Assembly: GCA_963813025.1 (NCBI GenBank)
Contig: CAWEXO010000008.1
Span: 327,030-391,029 of the forward strand
DNA from: an uncultured Verrucomicrobiae bacterium
GTDB taxonomy: Bacteria; Verrucomicrobiota; Verrucomicrobiia; Chthoniobacterales; JAFAMB01
Direction: 5' to 3'
DNA length: 64,000 nucleotides
Below are positions 19,906 to 28,960 of the stretch, piece by piece. The notes under the pieces were generated by a model, which saw only the letters and a program-made list of their open reading frames with translations, made no database searches and was not told where the DNA came from. A program made the translations under genes and the position numbers. Numbering within the stretch: position 1 is the stretch's first letter; each line of letters begins with the position of its first letter.

Positions 19906-20838
19906 GTGGAAATGCTTCGCCAGAACGATTGGCAACTTGACCGCGCGGCGGATCTCCGCACCGACGACGCCTGGTTGCATGCCCAAATGGACAATCACTC
20001 GCTTGTCGCGCCTGTTTGGCGTGGACTCAACCTATTCTCCGCACTTGCTCCACCGGAGCCGGTTCTGATCCCGGTTTCTCAAAGGCTATCGAATCCGTTG
20101 TTTCTGGGCGTTCGGGCGGATCAAGTCGCACTATTCGCCGCGAACATTGTGGCGGAGACAGAGGAACTCGCCTTGGCCGCCGTGGGTCTTGATCGCTCTG
20201 TCGCCCGCTTTATCCATTTGCGGAGCTATTCCGGGCGGCTTTTGCCAATTGAGCGCAGCACGCTTTTCTATGCACGTTCGCTCGCGCTTTGGCACGAAGA
20301 AACGAAATATTGCGCTCGGTGCGGCACCCGGCTTCAGTCCGAAAGCGGGGGACACGTTCTTGGCTGTCCGAACCCCGCCTGTGGAGCCAAACACTTTCCG
20401 AGAAGCGATCCGGCGACAATCATGCTGGTTCATCAGCACGATCGTTGTCTTTTGGGTAGACAATCGGAGTGGCCGGAGGGCATGTACTCCACTTTGGCCG
20501 GTTTTGCGGAGATTGGCGAAACCTTGGAGGAGGCCGTTCGCCGTGAAGTCAGGGAAGAGAGCGGCATTATCGTCGAAAACATCTGCTACTTCGGTTCACA
20601 GCCCTGGCCATTCCCGCGATCATTGATGCTGGGCTTTTTCGCGGAGGCGATCACAAACGAGATTGTATGCGGCGCCGAACTGGAAGACGCGCGCTGGTTT
20701 AGTCGGGGCGAAGCAGAAAGCATCCTAGAGCGTCTAGGACAGCGGTTCCCGCACTTGGACACGATTGCCCGCCGTCTCATCCGTCACTGGGTCGCTGAGC
20801 AAGGCGTTTCGCGTGAGACACCAAACGTCAAAACATGA
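19906..20838 (+). CDS. nudC: NAD(+) diphosphatase
   Basis: Zn ribbon CARCG..CPNPAC, Nudix box GETLEEAVRREVREESG, SQPWPFPRSLM. Confidence 0.93.
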   Translation: MEMLRQNDWQLDRAADLRTDDAWLHAQMDNHSLVAPVWRGLNLFSALAPPEPVLIPVSQRLSNPLFLGVRADQVALFAANIVAETEELALAAVGLDRSVARFIHLRSYSGRLLPIERSTLFYARSLALWHEETKYCARCGTRLQSESGGHVLGCPNPACGAKHFPRSDPATIMLVHQHDRCLLGRQSEWPEGMYSTLAGFAEIGETLEEAVRREVREESGIIVENICYFGSQPWPFPRSLMLGFFAEAITNEIVCGAELEDARWFSRGEAESILERLGQRFPHLDTIARRLIRHWVAEQGVSRETPNVKT

Positions 20839-20850
20839 AACGCAAAACGA

Positions 20851-22095
20851 ATGAAGAAAGATCGCGCCGCCGGCTTGCCATTTATTCTCTTGACCGTTTT
20901 TCTCGACATGCTGGGCATTGGTCTGGTCATTCCGATTTTGCCGGCCCTGGTCGGCGAATTCACCCGGAACCGGGAAGCACAATCCCTTTGGTACGGTATC
21001 CTGTTGGCGAGTTACGGACTCACTCAGTTTGTTTGCGCGCCTTTGATCGGCGCGCTCAGCGACCGGTTCGGGCGTCGTCCCGTCTTGCTCGCATCGATTT
21101 TTGGTCTCGGCTTCAATTTCCTCGTCACTGCGTTGGCGCCTTCGTTATGGCTGTTACTCGCGGCCCGGCTGATTGGGGGCGCCACCGGGGCCAGTTTTAC
21201 CGTCGCCGGAGCATATATTGCCGATATCACAGCACCCGATGTTCGGAGCAAGAGCTTTGGGATTCTGGGTTCAGTCTTCGGTCTCGGTTTTATCTGCGGC
21301 CCGATGTTGGGCGGTTTGTTGGGCCACACCAGTCTCCGGTTGCCGTATTTTGTTGCGGCCTGTCTCTCTCTCACAAACTGGATTTACGGTTTTTTTGTTT
21401 TACCGGAATCGCTCCCAAAGGAACGTCGCGCTGCGGTGGTCACGAACAAGGCCGACCCGTTTTCCGCGATTCTCGCCTTGTCGCGCTTGCGCGGAATCGG
21501 CGGCTTGGTCTGGGTGTATTCGCTGACGGTGTTCGGACAGTTCATCATTCAAACGACTTGGGTGTTGTACACTAACTTTCGCTTCGGCTGGGGACCACGC
21601 GAAACCGGCTTTTCCCTTTTCGTCGTTGGCGCGGCGGCGACGTTTGCCCAAGCCTGGCTACTGGGAATTCTGCTTAAACGTTTCGGCGAAGTGCGGACCG
21701 CGGTCTTCGGCATGGTCTCGGCCGCGATCGCCTGTTTGTTCTACGGGCTGGCTACTCAGGGTTGGATGATGTACGCGATCATCGCCGCCAATCTGCTCGG
21801 ATTTACCGTCGGTCCAGCGCTGCAGGGCATCGTTTCAAAAGCCGCCGGTCCAAGCAAACAAGGGGTTACCTTGGGGTCTCTCAATTCGATTAGCAGCCTG
21901 ATGGGTGTTGTCGCGCCGCTGGCGGGCAATTTCCTGCTCGCCCTGGTCGGACACTTGCCTCCGCGCGATTGGCGGGTCGGCCTGCCCTTTTTCCTGAGCG
22001 CCGTCGTGCAAGTGGCCGCCCTCGCTCAAGCCGCCCGGCACTTCGGCCGGCTACGCCCGGCTACTCCTGCGACCGTCCCCGAACCCTCACGATGA
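20851..22095 (+). CDS. MFS transporter, TCR/Tet family
   Basis: LDMLGIGLVIPILP, GALSDRFGRRPVLL, GPMLGG. Confidence 0.92.
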   Translation: MKKDRAAGLPFILLTVFLDMLGIGLVIPILPALVGEFTRNREAQSLWYGILLASYGLTQFVCAPLIGALSDRFGRRPVLLASIFGLGFNFLVTALAPSLWLLLAARLIGGATGASFTVAGAYIADITAPDVRSKSFGILGSVFGLGFICGPMLGGLLGHTSLRLPYFVAACLSLTNWIYGFFVLPESLPKERRAAVVTNKADPFSAILALSRLRGIGGLVWVYSLTVFGQFIIQTTWVLYTNFRFGWGPRETGFSLFVVGAAATFAQAWLLGILLKRFGEVRTAVFGMVSAAIACLFYGLATQGWMMYAIIAANLLGFTVGPALQGIVSKAAGPSKQGVTLGSLNSISSLMGVVAPLAGNFLLALVGHLPPRDWRVGLPFFLSAVVQVAALAQAARHFGRLRPATPATVPEPSR

Positions 22096-22813
22096 TGTCG
22101 TTATTGGCGACCCGCACCGAGAGCAGATGCGCCAGGACAGCATCGCCTGCGGGAAGCCGCTCGGCGATTCCGCGTCGCACCGCTTCTGACGCGATGCTGC
22201 GATAGCTCTGGGTACTAAAGAGCCAGGGAAGCCTTTTACCATTTGCTTCAACATCGAAGTTCTGCACCTCGAGCTGACCGCGGTTGACTTTAAATCGAGC
22301 CGCCATCCGTCCATTAAAAAATCTGTGGCGCAGGGACGGAAAGAAAGGCACGTCGGAGACAAAGGTGAGCGGAAAAGTTACTTCGGCTACAACCCAGTCA
22401 GCTTCGGTGCGGAACCGCATGTGCTGAGCAAGGTCGCGGTTACGCCCATCGCCAAAGAACCACGCGTTGAGATCGTTTGCCGTGAAATGAATCTCTGCTT
22501 CCCGGCCACTCACCATGGCTTCTTGCAGCGCGGCGAGCTTGAGCCGGAAAGACCGTTCGTCAGCCGCGGAGGGCGGCGGCTCCAGTCGGCGCGGCTCAGC
22601 TGAGGTCATTCGATATGCGCCTTGATAGGTGGAGATAGCTCCCCACAACACGGCCGCAACGAGCAGAAAACCAACGATTGCCAGAACGAGGCAGCCGCCA
22701 AAACACGCGCCGCTGTCTCTCCGGAACAGAACTCGAAAAGCTGGCTGTCGGTCGAGCATCGGGTGACCAGCCGAGACACGCCGCGTCGGTTCTTCGCTGC
22801 TGGCGTGTCCCAT
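22061..22813 (-). CDS. Hypothetical membrane-anchored protein
   Basis: GACFGGCLVLAIVGFLLVAAVLW transmembrane segment followed by a soluble domain; start uncertain. Confidence 0.65.
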   Translation of the reverse strand: MGHASSEEPTRRVSAGHPMLDRQPAFRVLFRRDSGACFGGCLVLAIVGFLLVAAVLWGAISTYQGAYRMTSAEPRRLEPPPSAADERSFRLKLAALQEAMVSGREAEIHFTANDLNAWFFGDGRNRDLAQHMRFRTEADWVVAEVTFPLTFVSDVPFFPSLRHRFFNGRMAARFKVNRGQLEVQNFDVEANGKRLPWLFSTQSYRSIASEAVRRGIAERLPAGDAVLAHLLSVRVANNDIIVRVRGRSQE

Positions 22814-22816
22814 GTT

Positions 22817-23830
22817 TCAGCGAGGCCGCGCCTCAGACCGAGGAGGAGCTCCAGATGGCAAGCCCGGCGCCGGACCCTGGTTCTCCCTAGTCCAACGGCC
22901 TTGCCGTACCGTCTCTTCCAACGCCTGGTCGAACTCGCGGAGCGGATGCCAACCGGTTTCACTCCGGAGCTTGGATGGATCGATCGCGCGTCGTCGGTCG
23001 TCTCCCGGCCGGTCATCGGAGTATTCGATCAAATCCGCTGCCTTTCCGAGATAGCGCAGAATCTGTTCAACAACAGAAAGGCTCGTCCGCTCCGAGCCCG
23101 TCCCGATATTGTAGATCTGTCCGCTGTGTCCCTCCATAAAGACGGTAAACAGGGCGGCACAATGGTCGCTCACGTGCATCCAGTCGCGAATAGTACGGCC
23201 CTCGCTGGAAAGAGGAACCGGTTTGTCCGACACGGCTCGGGCGATCACCGCCGGAATAAATTCCTTGGGAGATTGTCCGGGACCAAAACTGTTTGAGCAG
23301 CGCGCCACCAGAACATCTTGACGGTAGGTCCGGTGACTTGCCAGGGCGAACAGATCGGCGGCCGCCTTGCTCGCCGCAAAAGGAGAGCTCGGCTGCAGCC
23401 GGCTTTCTTCCGAAAAACGCCCGTGATCAATTGATCCATAGACTTCATCTGTTGATACCTGCAGAAAGCGCTTCACGCCGTGGCGTCGAGCGGTCTCGAG
23501 CAACGCCGCGGCGCCGGCCACATTGGTATGAATCAACGATTGCCAACCGGTGACACTTTGATCAAGACCATGCTCGGACGCGAAATTGATGATTCCAAAA
23601 TAGCTGTGCCGGGAGAGTAACTCGTCGATTTTCTTCGGTTCGCCGATATCGGCATGCACGAATTCGTATCGCTCCCGGTAAAGATCCGGGAGATCAGCCG
23701 TGGTAGGGAGCGCCGCGGGATCAGTCAGGGCGTCGACATTGGTAATCGACTCCGGCTGATAATGTTCCAGAACGTATCGAATAAAATTGCTGCCGGTAAA
23801 TCCGCAGCCGCCGGCGACCAGCAGGCGCAT
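22817..23830 (-). CDS. dTDP-glucose 4,6-dehydratase-like SDR with a divergent active site
   Basis: MRLLVAGGCGFTG, QVSTDEVYG, RDWMHVSDHC, DRPGDDRR; PFAASK replaces PYSASK. Confidence 0.82.
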   Translation of the reverse strand: MRLLVAGGCGFTGSNFIRYVLEHYQPESITNVDALTDPAALPTTADLPDLYRERYEFVHADIGEPKKIDELLSRHSYFGIINFASEHGLDQSVTGWQSLIHTNVAGAAALLETARRHGVKRFLQVSTDEVYGSIDHGRFSEESRLQPSSPFAASKAAADLFALASHRTYRQDVLVARCSNSFGPGQSPKEFIPAVIARAVSDKPVPLSSEGRTIRDWMHVSDHCAALFTVFMEGHSGQIYNIGTGSERTSLSVVEQILRYLGKAADLIEYSDDRPGDDRRRAIDPSKLRSETGWHPLREFDQALEETVRQGRWTRENQGPAPGLPSGAPPRSEARPR

Positions 23831-23972
23831 GGGCAGTAATAGTTGACAACCAGAAGCAAATAGCAATCGGAATCGACGGCGGGAAGCGAGAGGCCTTATG
23901 CGTCAGGCTTCCAGATACGAACGAGGCCGTCCGCCTTCGTGCCCGCGGCATTACGGCGCGACAAGTTCCGCG

Positions 23973-24310
23973 CTATGGAGCCGGCGTTTTCCCATGCAGA
24001 TAAAGGGCTCGATGCCCAAGATCGATTATCGCAAAGTACGTCCAAAGAACTTCGGTTCCGATGATTCCACCGAACGGGCGGCTGAACTCAACGGTCGGCA
24101 CATTTAACGGTGCAAAACCAATAGATACGTGACTCAGATCAAAGCTCCCGAGACGAAAAGTTTGCGAGATGCCGAATGAAAGTCTGGCTTTCTTGAAATC
24201 ATGAATGCCTTCCAACTGGACGTTCGTTTGCATAAACGCCACTTTCTCCCGGCTTTTGATTTCGTCAGTAAGCAGTGTCCAGGGCGAACCGGTATCGACG
24301 GTGGATCGCC
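23973..24310 (-). pseudogene. Retropepsin-like aspartic protease fragment
   Basis: VDTGSPWT upstream in frame with GGIIGTEVL..IIDLGHRALYL; no clear start. Confidence 0.55.
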
Positions 24311-24654
24311 AATAAGAAATAACAAAAAATCGAGGTCGGTTAGCTCGATCGTCAGAAATCGTCGCCAGGGACTGCCGCTGTTGCCTGTGAAATCGGTAAT
24401 TCGCTGAGCCATCGCGGATTTCTTACTCGAAATTAATTTCCGCAGTGCGACGCATTGCAGAATAGGGTTCGCCCTAGACCAAAGACATCAACTATAATTG
24501 AACAAACCTATGAGAAAACCATATTCGTCATATTACCCGCTATCAGCCTTTTGACGTGGGCACAGCGAACGCAGAACTCGGTGCGCCTGCTAAAAGTAAA
24601 TGAATTCTAAAAAAGCAGCAGAACTGTTCCGGTGTAGCCGGAAAATTCTGCAGG

Positions 24655-25158
24655 CTACAGCTGGGCGACGCTGCTGTGGCCGCTGATGATTTTCCAGCCC
24701 GAATCCGTCTTTTGCAGGTACCAAGTGGCGAGTCCGTAAACTTCTTCCCGACGAAGAGGAAATCTTTGAGTCCAAGTGGTCAACGCAAAAGCCAAATCCG
24801 GCCGGATCAATCGTATCTGAATTCTGTCCGGAGTCATAAAACCCATTTCCTCAGGATTTTCATAACCCTTGGCGTAACTGTCGTGGAGAGCTTTCCACCC
24901 ACTTATCACCTGCTGATCAGAAACGATCAAAAGCTCAGGTGTGTTTGAGAAGAAAGTAAGATACTTCACAATGTCATGCGCGTTCCAGCTGGCCAGCATA
25001 TCCTGCAATGCCGCGTAAACCCCCTGGCCGGCGGTGCTTCCCTGATTAGACGCTGGTCTGATCGAGTCAAAATCCCAAGTCGCATCCTCCCCTGAAGTCG
25101 ACCCAGCCAAGCAGGGCATCGCAAAGAAAACGGTCACCGCGAGCGTTCGAACATCCAT
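24655..25158 (-). CDS. Secreted NTF2-like (SnoaL/DUF4440) protein
   Basis: Signal peptide; ASWNAHDIVKYL, GWKIISGHSS. Confidence 0.8.
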   Translation of the reverse strand: MDVRTLAVTVFFAMPCLAGSTSGEDATWDFDSIRPASNQGSTAGQGVYAALQDMLASWNAHDIVKYLTFFSNTPELLIVSDQQVISGWKALHDSYAKGYENPEEMGFMTPDRIQIRLIRPDLAFALTTWTQRFPLRREEVYGLATWYLQKTDSGWKIISGHSSVAQL

Positions 25159-25407
25159 CCTGTAGCCGCTTCTCTTATCGATCCTTAAGGGCTCTTGCAA
25201 ACTCTGTTTAGTGCCTTTTTCGTCACCGAGATATCAAAAAGCCCTGGTCGAAACGGAACAAGCAAATAACTCAGTTCCATAAAAATGCCAGCGCTTAGTG
25301 CAGGACAACAGGGCCCAAGTCCCGGTTTTGATACCTTACAGGCTGCTCTGATAGTTTCTTCAGAGACAAGACTTCGCTGTTCCGCCGTTTTCGTCTATTC
25401 TTTTCGA

Positions 25408-25626
25408 ATGATTCCGCAGAGTATCCGATGGCTGCCGCTTGCCGGCTTGATGCTGGCTGCCGCGGCCTGTGCCCACGAGGAGGTCGTCACCACCCCTCCT
25501 CCGTCGACGTCCACCACGACAACTGTAGTGCGACGTACGAATCCTCCTCCTGGCGTGCCTCACACCACTACCACCACGACCACAACTACCGCGCCGCCGG
25601 CTCCCGTAGTGCCTGGTCCACAGTAA
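25408..25626 (+). CDS. Small Thr/Pro-rich lipoprotein
   Basis: Lipobox LAAAAC followed by TTPPPSTSTTTT..TTTTTTTTT; terminator downstream. Confidence 0.7.
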   Translation: MIPQSIRWLPLAGLMLAAAACAHEEVVTTPPPSTSTTTTVVRRTNPPPGVPHTTTTTTTTTAPPAPVVPGPQ

Positions 25627-25648
25627 TTCACCGGCTGTTTCACGGGAC

Positions 25649-25683
25649 AAAAAGGTCGCCCATTTTGCGGGCGACCTTTTTTT
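25649..25683. terminator. Bidirectional intrinsic terminator
   Basis: AAAAAGGTCGCCC-loop-GGGCGACCTTTTTTT between convergent genes. Confidence 0.88.
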
Positions 25684-25739
25684 AAAAGCTACCGACCTTC
25701 AAGTTCCAGCAAACTAACCAGGATTCTCGCCGGTTTTCG

Positions 25740-26216
25740 TTAGCTCGCCGATTGATTCAGATGATCAATCCTTTCCTGGAGACGACTGCTCCGTTTTTGA
25801 TTAATCTGCACCAGCTGCTGTTGTTGGTCGGGCGTGAGGATCTTGAGGATCTGCGCACGTAAGCGGGCGCGCTGCACACTCTGTTCCGTGCGCGCACTCT
25901 CTAAGGTCGTGGAGAGCGAGCGAATCGTCGCCTCGTCATTTGGGTTTTTGGCGATCGCTTCGTCGACTGCCTTCTGCGCGTTGAGCACCGCTAGCATGGA
26001 AGCTTTGAATTGCGGCCGATTGCTCTGCATGATCTCTCGGACCTGCTGCTTTTGAGCGTCGGTCAGATTGAGTTTTCTCCAGAGCCAGCCTCGATGACGC
26101 CATTCCTGATGGGCGGTTGGCGCTTCGTTCGTTGAGCCGTTCTCGGGTGCTTGTGTTTGGGCCAGCAAGGGGCTGGCCAACAGTGTCATCCCGAAAACCA
26201 GAAAATGTAGTTTCAT
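25740..26216 (-). CDS. Spy/CpxP family periplasmic protein
   Basis: Signal peptide; two LTxxQ motifs (LNLTDAQKQQ, ILTPDQQQQ). Confidence 0.88.
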   Translation of the reverse strand: MKLHFLVFGMTLLASPLLAQTQAPENGSTNEAPTAHQEWRHRGWLWRKLNLTDAQKQQVREIMQSNRPQFKASMLAVLNAQKAVDEAIAKNPNDEATIRSLSTTLESARTEQSVQRARLRAQILKILTPDQQQQLVQINQKRSSRLQERIDHLNQSAS

Positions 26217-26294
26217 ACGGTTCTCATGACGCGCACTCCTTTTTGGGGGTTACACCTCTTCGTAAAACGAAGGACTCGTGCGGCAGCGCCGGTT

Positions 26295-27764
26295 TCAATT
26301 CTTAGCCTTGGATGTGGCTGGTCCGGCAAGGAAGAAACTACCCAGATCCAGATCCAGGTGCAACGCTCCAGTCGTAACCCGCTCCTGCAAAATCGCCGCA
26401 GCCGTAGCAAGATTGCGGGCGAAACGTGCTAATTGCGCCTCGCTGAAGGTGCATTCCTGATGAAAAAATCCAGAAAGCACCGGGCTCTCCTTCCATTCTT
26501 GAGCGAAGGCAACGAGCCGACGGTACGTTTCCGGATGCAAATGGCAAATCTGATTAAGATAGCCTTTCGCTTGAAATGTATTCTGATTCAACAGGCCAGC
26601 ATCGTTATCAACCAAAATCAAACGTCTAATCACCACGCCCTGTGGTTCGGTCGTGTCGTTTTTCGCCGGCCGGGTAGTGATATGGCCCCCGTTCATCTCG
26701 TAAATATATTTATAGTCGGAGATGTTTCCGCCGCTGAGCCGATCGGACTGCGCCATCAAATAGTCCAGCACGATCATTTCACTCATATCGCGCATCGCAA
26801 CCAAGCGCTGGACATTGGCTTGATTGAATTCGGTCGAGGCCAGTATTGCGTGCACCGGTCGAGGATCTGCCATGTCCCGAAAACCACGCACGCTGCCCAG
26901 ATTTGGGCCGGCTCGAAGCCACTCGTCGTAGTGCTCCTCTCCCCGGGTATTCACCAGGAGTGCACCGTAAATCTGCGTGAAATCATTTGTGAATAGCGTG
27001 GTCGCGACCGACGAACCGCGCGGATTTTGATAGTAACCGTTAAACAGGTTCCAGCTCTTCCCGACCAGACCATGGATACCCATTTCCGCGGCCAGGCGGA
27101 CGACCTTTTTATGCTGCTCAATATCCATGGTCCTGAGCTCAGCCGGCTGGACCAGACAGATATCACCCAATGCTCTGGAAACGTGGTAATAGCCCAGGAT
27201 TGAGGCGGTTGAAGTGGAGGTGAAATGGTTATCAGTCTGTTTAAATTTGGCTAAATCTTTCCCGGTTTTCTCCACTTGCGAACAATAGGCGGCCGTCTCC
27301 GTCGCAGGTTTTGCGCCGCCCGCCGGAATTTCAAATAATTCGACGGCTGCGCTGGTGCTCTTCTGCTTTGGACAGACTGCGACCGCCGCGTTGTCCGGCG
27401 TATTACCTCCTTTGTAAAAATCATAGTGTGCCAGCAACTGTTCCGTCGCTCGATCATCTGCGCCATTGGCTCCGCGATATGCACCGGAAGAGAGGTGCTT
27501 GGGAATAACCGCGATCTCGTCCGGACGCCCATCCGGCACGGCGTGTCTTATCGTTTCGAACCCCCGCGCAGCGGACCGATCGAGTGACCCCTCGTAAGGG
27601 TCGTTTGCTCCCGCCGCGTTAGTCATTGGCCATCCGAGCCAGCAGAGGCTAACCAACACTAAATTACTTGCGGCAATCAACGAACGACCTGCTGGAGATT
27701 GCGAGGTGGTCCGCCCGGCGAGCCTTGTTTTTTTGGACAGAATTACCCAAATCATGACAACCAC
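26295..27764 (-). CDS. Exported protein with Fam20/Four-jointed-like kinase motifs
   Basis: N-terminal hydrophobic segment; AKFKQ, YYHVSRALG, EMIVLDYLMAQSDR, LILVDNDAGL, ICHLHPETYRRL. Confidence 0.6.
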   Translation of the reverse strand: MVVMIWVILSKKTRLAGRTTSQSPAGRSLIAASNLVLVSLCWLGWPMTNAAGANDPYEGSLDRSAARGFETIRHAVPDGRPDEIAVIPKHLSSGAYRGANGADDRATEQLLAHYDFYKGGNTPDNAAVAVCPKQKSTSAAVELFEIPAGGAKPATETAAYCSQVEKTGKDLAKFKQTDNHFTSTSTASILGYYHVSRALGDICLVQPAELRTMDIEQHKKVVRLAAEMGIHGLVGKSWNLFNGYYQNPRGSSVATTLFTNDFTQIYGALLVNTRGEEHYDEWLRAGPNLGSVRGFRDMADPRPVHAILASTEFNQANVQRLVAMRDMSEMIVLDYLMAQSDRLSGGNISDYKYIYEMNGGHITTRPAKNDTTEPQGVVIRRLILVDNDAGLLNQNTFQAKGYLNQICHLHPETYRRLVAFAQEWKESPVLSGFFHQECTFSEAQLARFARNLATAAAILQERVTTGALHLDLDLGSFFLAGPATSKAKN

Positions 27765-27854
27765 CCTATCACGGCAAATCGTTCGTCGCGATAACCCGAA
27801 GGGATTAGCAGACCGTCCTTGATATTACGCTCCCTGCTATGCTTTTCTTCCAGT

Positions 27855-28811
27855 GTGACTTTTTGGTACGTCAGCTTTCACGGAGGCAGCGCCAACACTG
27901 ACTGCAACAATATCCACGTTTATACGATTGACGGACGAGAACGAGGTAAGGCGCTCAATCGCCAAAGTCTGCCGGCGCCCTTGTCGCTTCGAGAATTGCG
28001 CGGCTTTACCTTCGGGCCGGATGGCGACCTTTACGTGTTAAACGCGTATTATCCGTTCAGCCAGGTTCTGCGATTCAACGGGCTAGCTAATCAAAATGGG
28101 CAACATAACTTTAAAGAAGTTTTTGTTGCTCCGGACAATGAAACGAATCCAGGGCTCAGCCACCCTTTTAATCTTCTCTTCAATCCGGAAGGTCATTTAC
28201 TGGTTTCAAGCCAGAACACGAACGTGGTCACCCGCTATTTCGGTTCAAACAATCCGGCTGGAGCAGCGGGAACGCCGATGCCTCCGTCGGGAGCTTCCGG
28301 TCCGCCGGCTATCCCGGGATGTCTTGTTTTATCATCGAAGCAGACACCTGAGGGCATCCGCTCCGTTCGGGACATTGTCTTTAATACCGATGGAAGCTTG
28401 TATGTCGCGGATCGAGATGACCGTTCTGTGAAACAATATGATGGAAATACGGGAACCTACATGGGAAAGATTGATCTCATTAATGCCGGCAAACCCGTTC
28501 ACCTGCTCCTGCATGCTGGACGACATCTGCTTTTAATTGGAGACGAGACGAACGAGTGCGTTTGGGAGCACAATTTTACGAGCGGCTCGACTCGTGTACT
28601 GATTGAATCCGGAGCCGGTGGGTTAAAGAACCCGAGTGGCCTTGCCTTCGGCAACGACGACCTGTTGTATGTAGCGAGCCGAACGGAACGGAAGATCCTG
28701 CGATTTGACCGGCAAGGCCAACCTGCCGATCCGGATGCATTTATTGCTAATCTACCGGACGAGCCGGAATTTCTTCAGTTGGTGACCCTGGCGGATAGCA
28801 ATAGTCAATAG
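27855..28811 (+). CDS. NHL/Vgb-type beta-propeller protein
   Basis: Repeated blades: RGFTFGPDGDLYV, PFNLLFNPEGHLLV, DIVFNTDGSLYV, PSGLAFGNDDLLYV; start uncertain (27819 or 27855). Confidence 0.8.
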   Translation: MTFWYVSFHGGSANTDCNNIHVYTIDGRERGKALNRQSLPAPLSLRELRGFTFGPDGDLYVLNAYYPFSQVLRFNGLANQNGQHNFKEVFVAPDNETNPGLSHPFNLLFNPEGHLLVSSQNTNVVTRYFGSNNPAGAAGTPMPPSGASGPPAIPGCLVLSSKQTPEGIRSVRDIVFNTDGSLYVADRDDRSVKQYDGNTGTYMGKIDLINAGKPVHLLLHAGRHLLLIGDETNECVWEHNFTSGSTRVLIESGAGGLKNPSGLAFGNDDLLYVASRTERKILRFDRQGQPADPDAFIANLPDEPEFLQLVTLADSNSQ

Positions 28812-28960
28812 CCTATTGCCAATAGCCAATGATGACCGATAAACCAATAGTCAGGGCAAAAACCAGACTTCAATGAGTTTTTCACACGCCCCCAGAACTA
28901 CCCCTGTCCTAAATCGCGGCGACCGTCGGGTATTGACCATCGGCTATCGGCTATCAGCCA
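28799..28960. repeat. Inverted arrays of degenerate heptamers (CAATAGC / GCTATCG)
   Basis: caatagt-caatagc-ctattgc-caatagc near 28800 and ctatcgg-ctatcag near 28945, between convergent genes. Confidence 0.55.
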
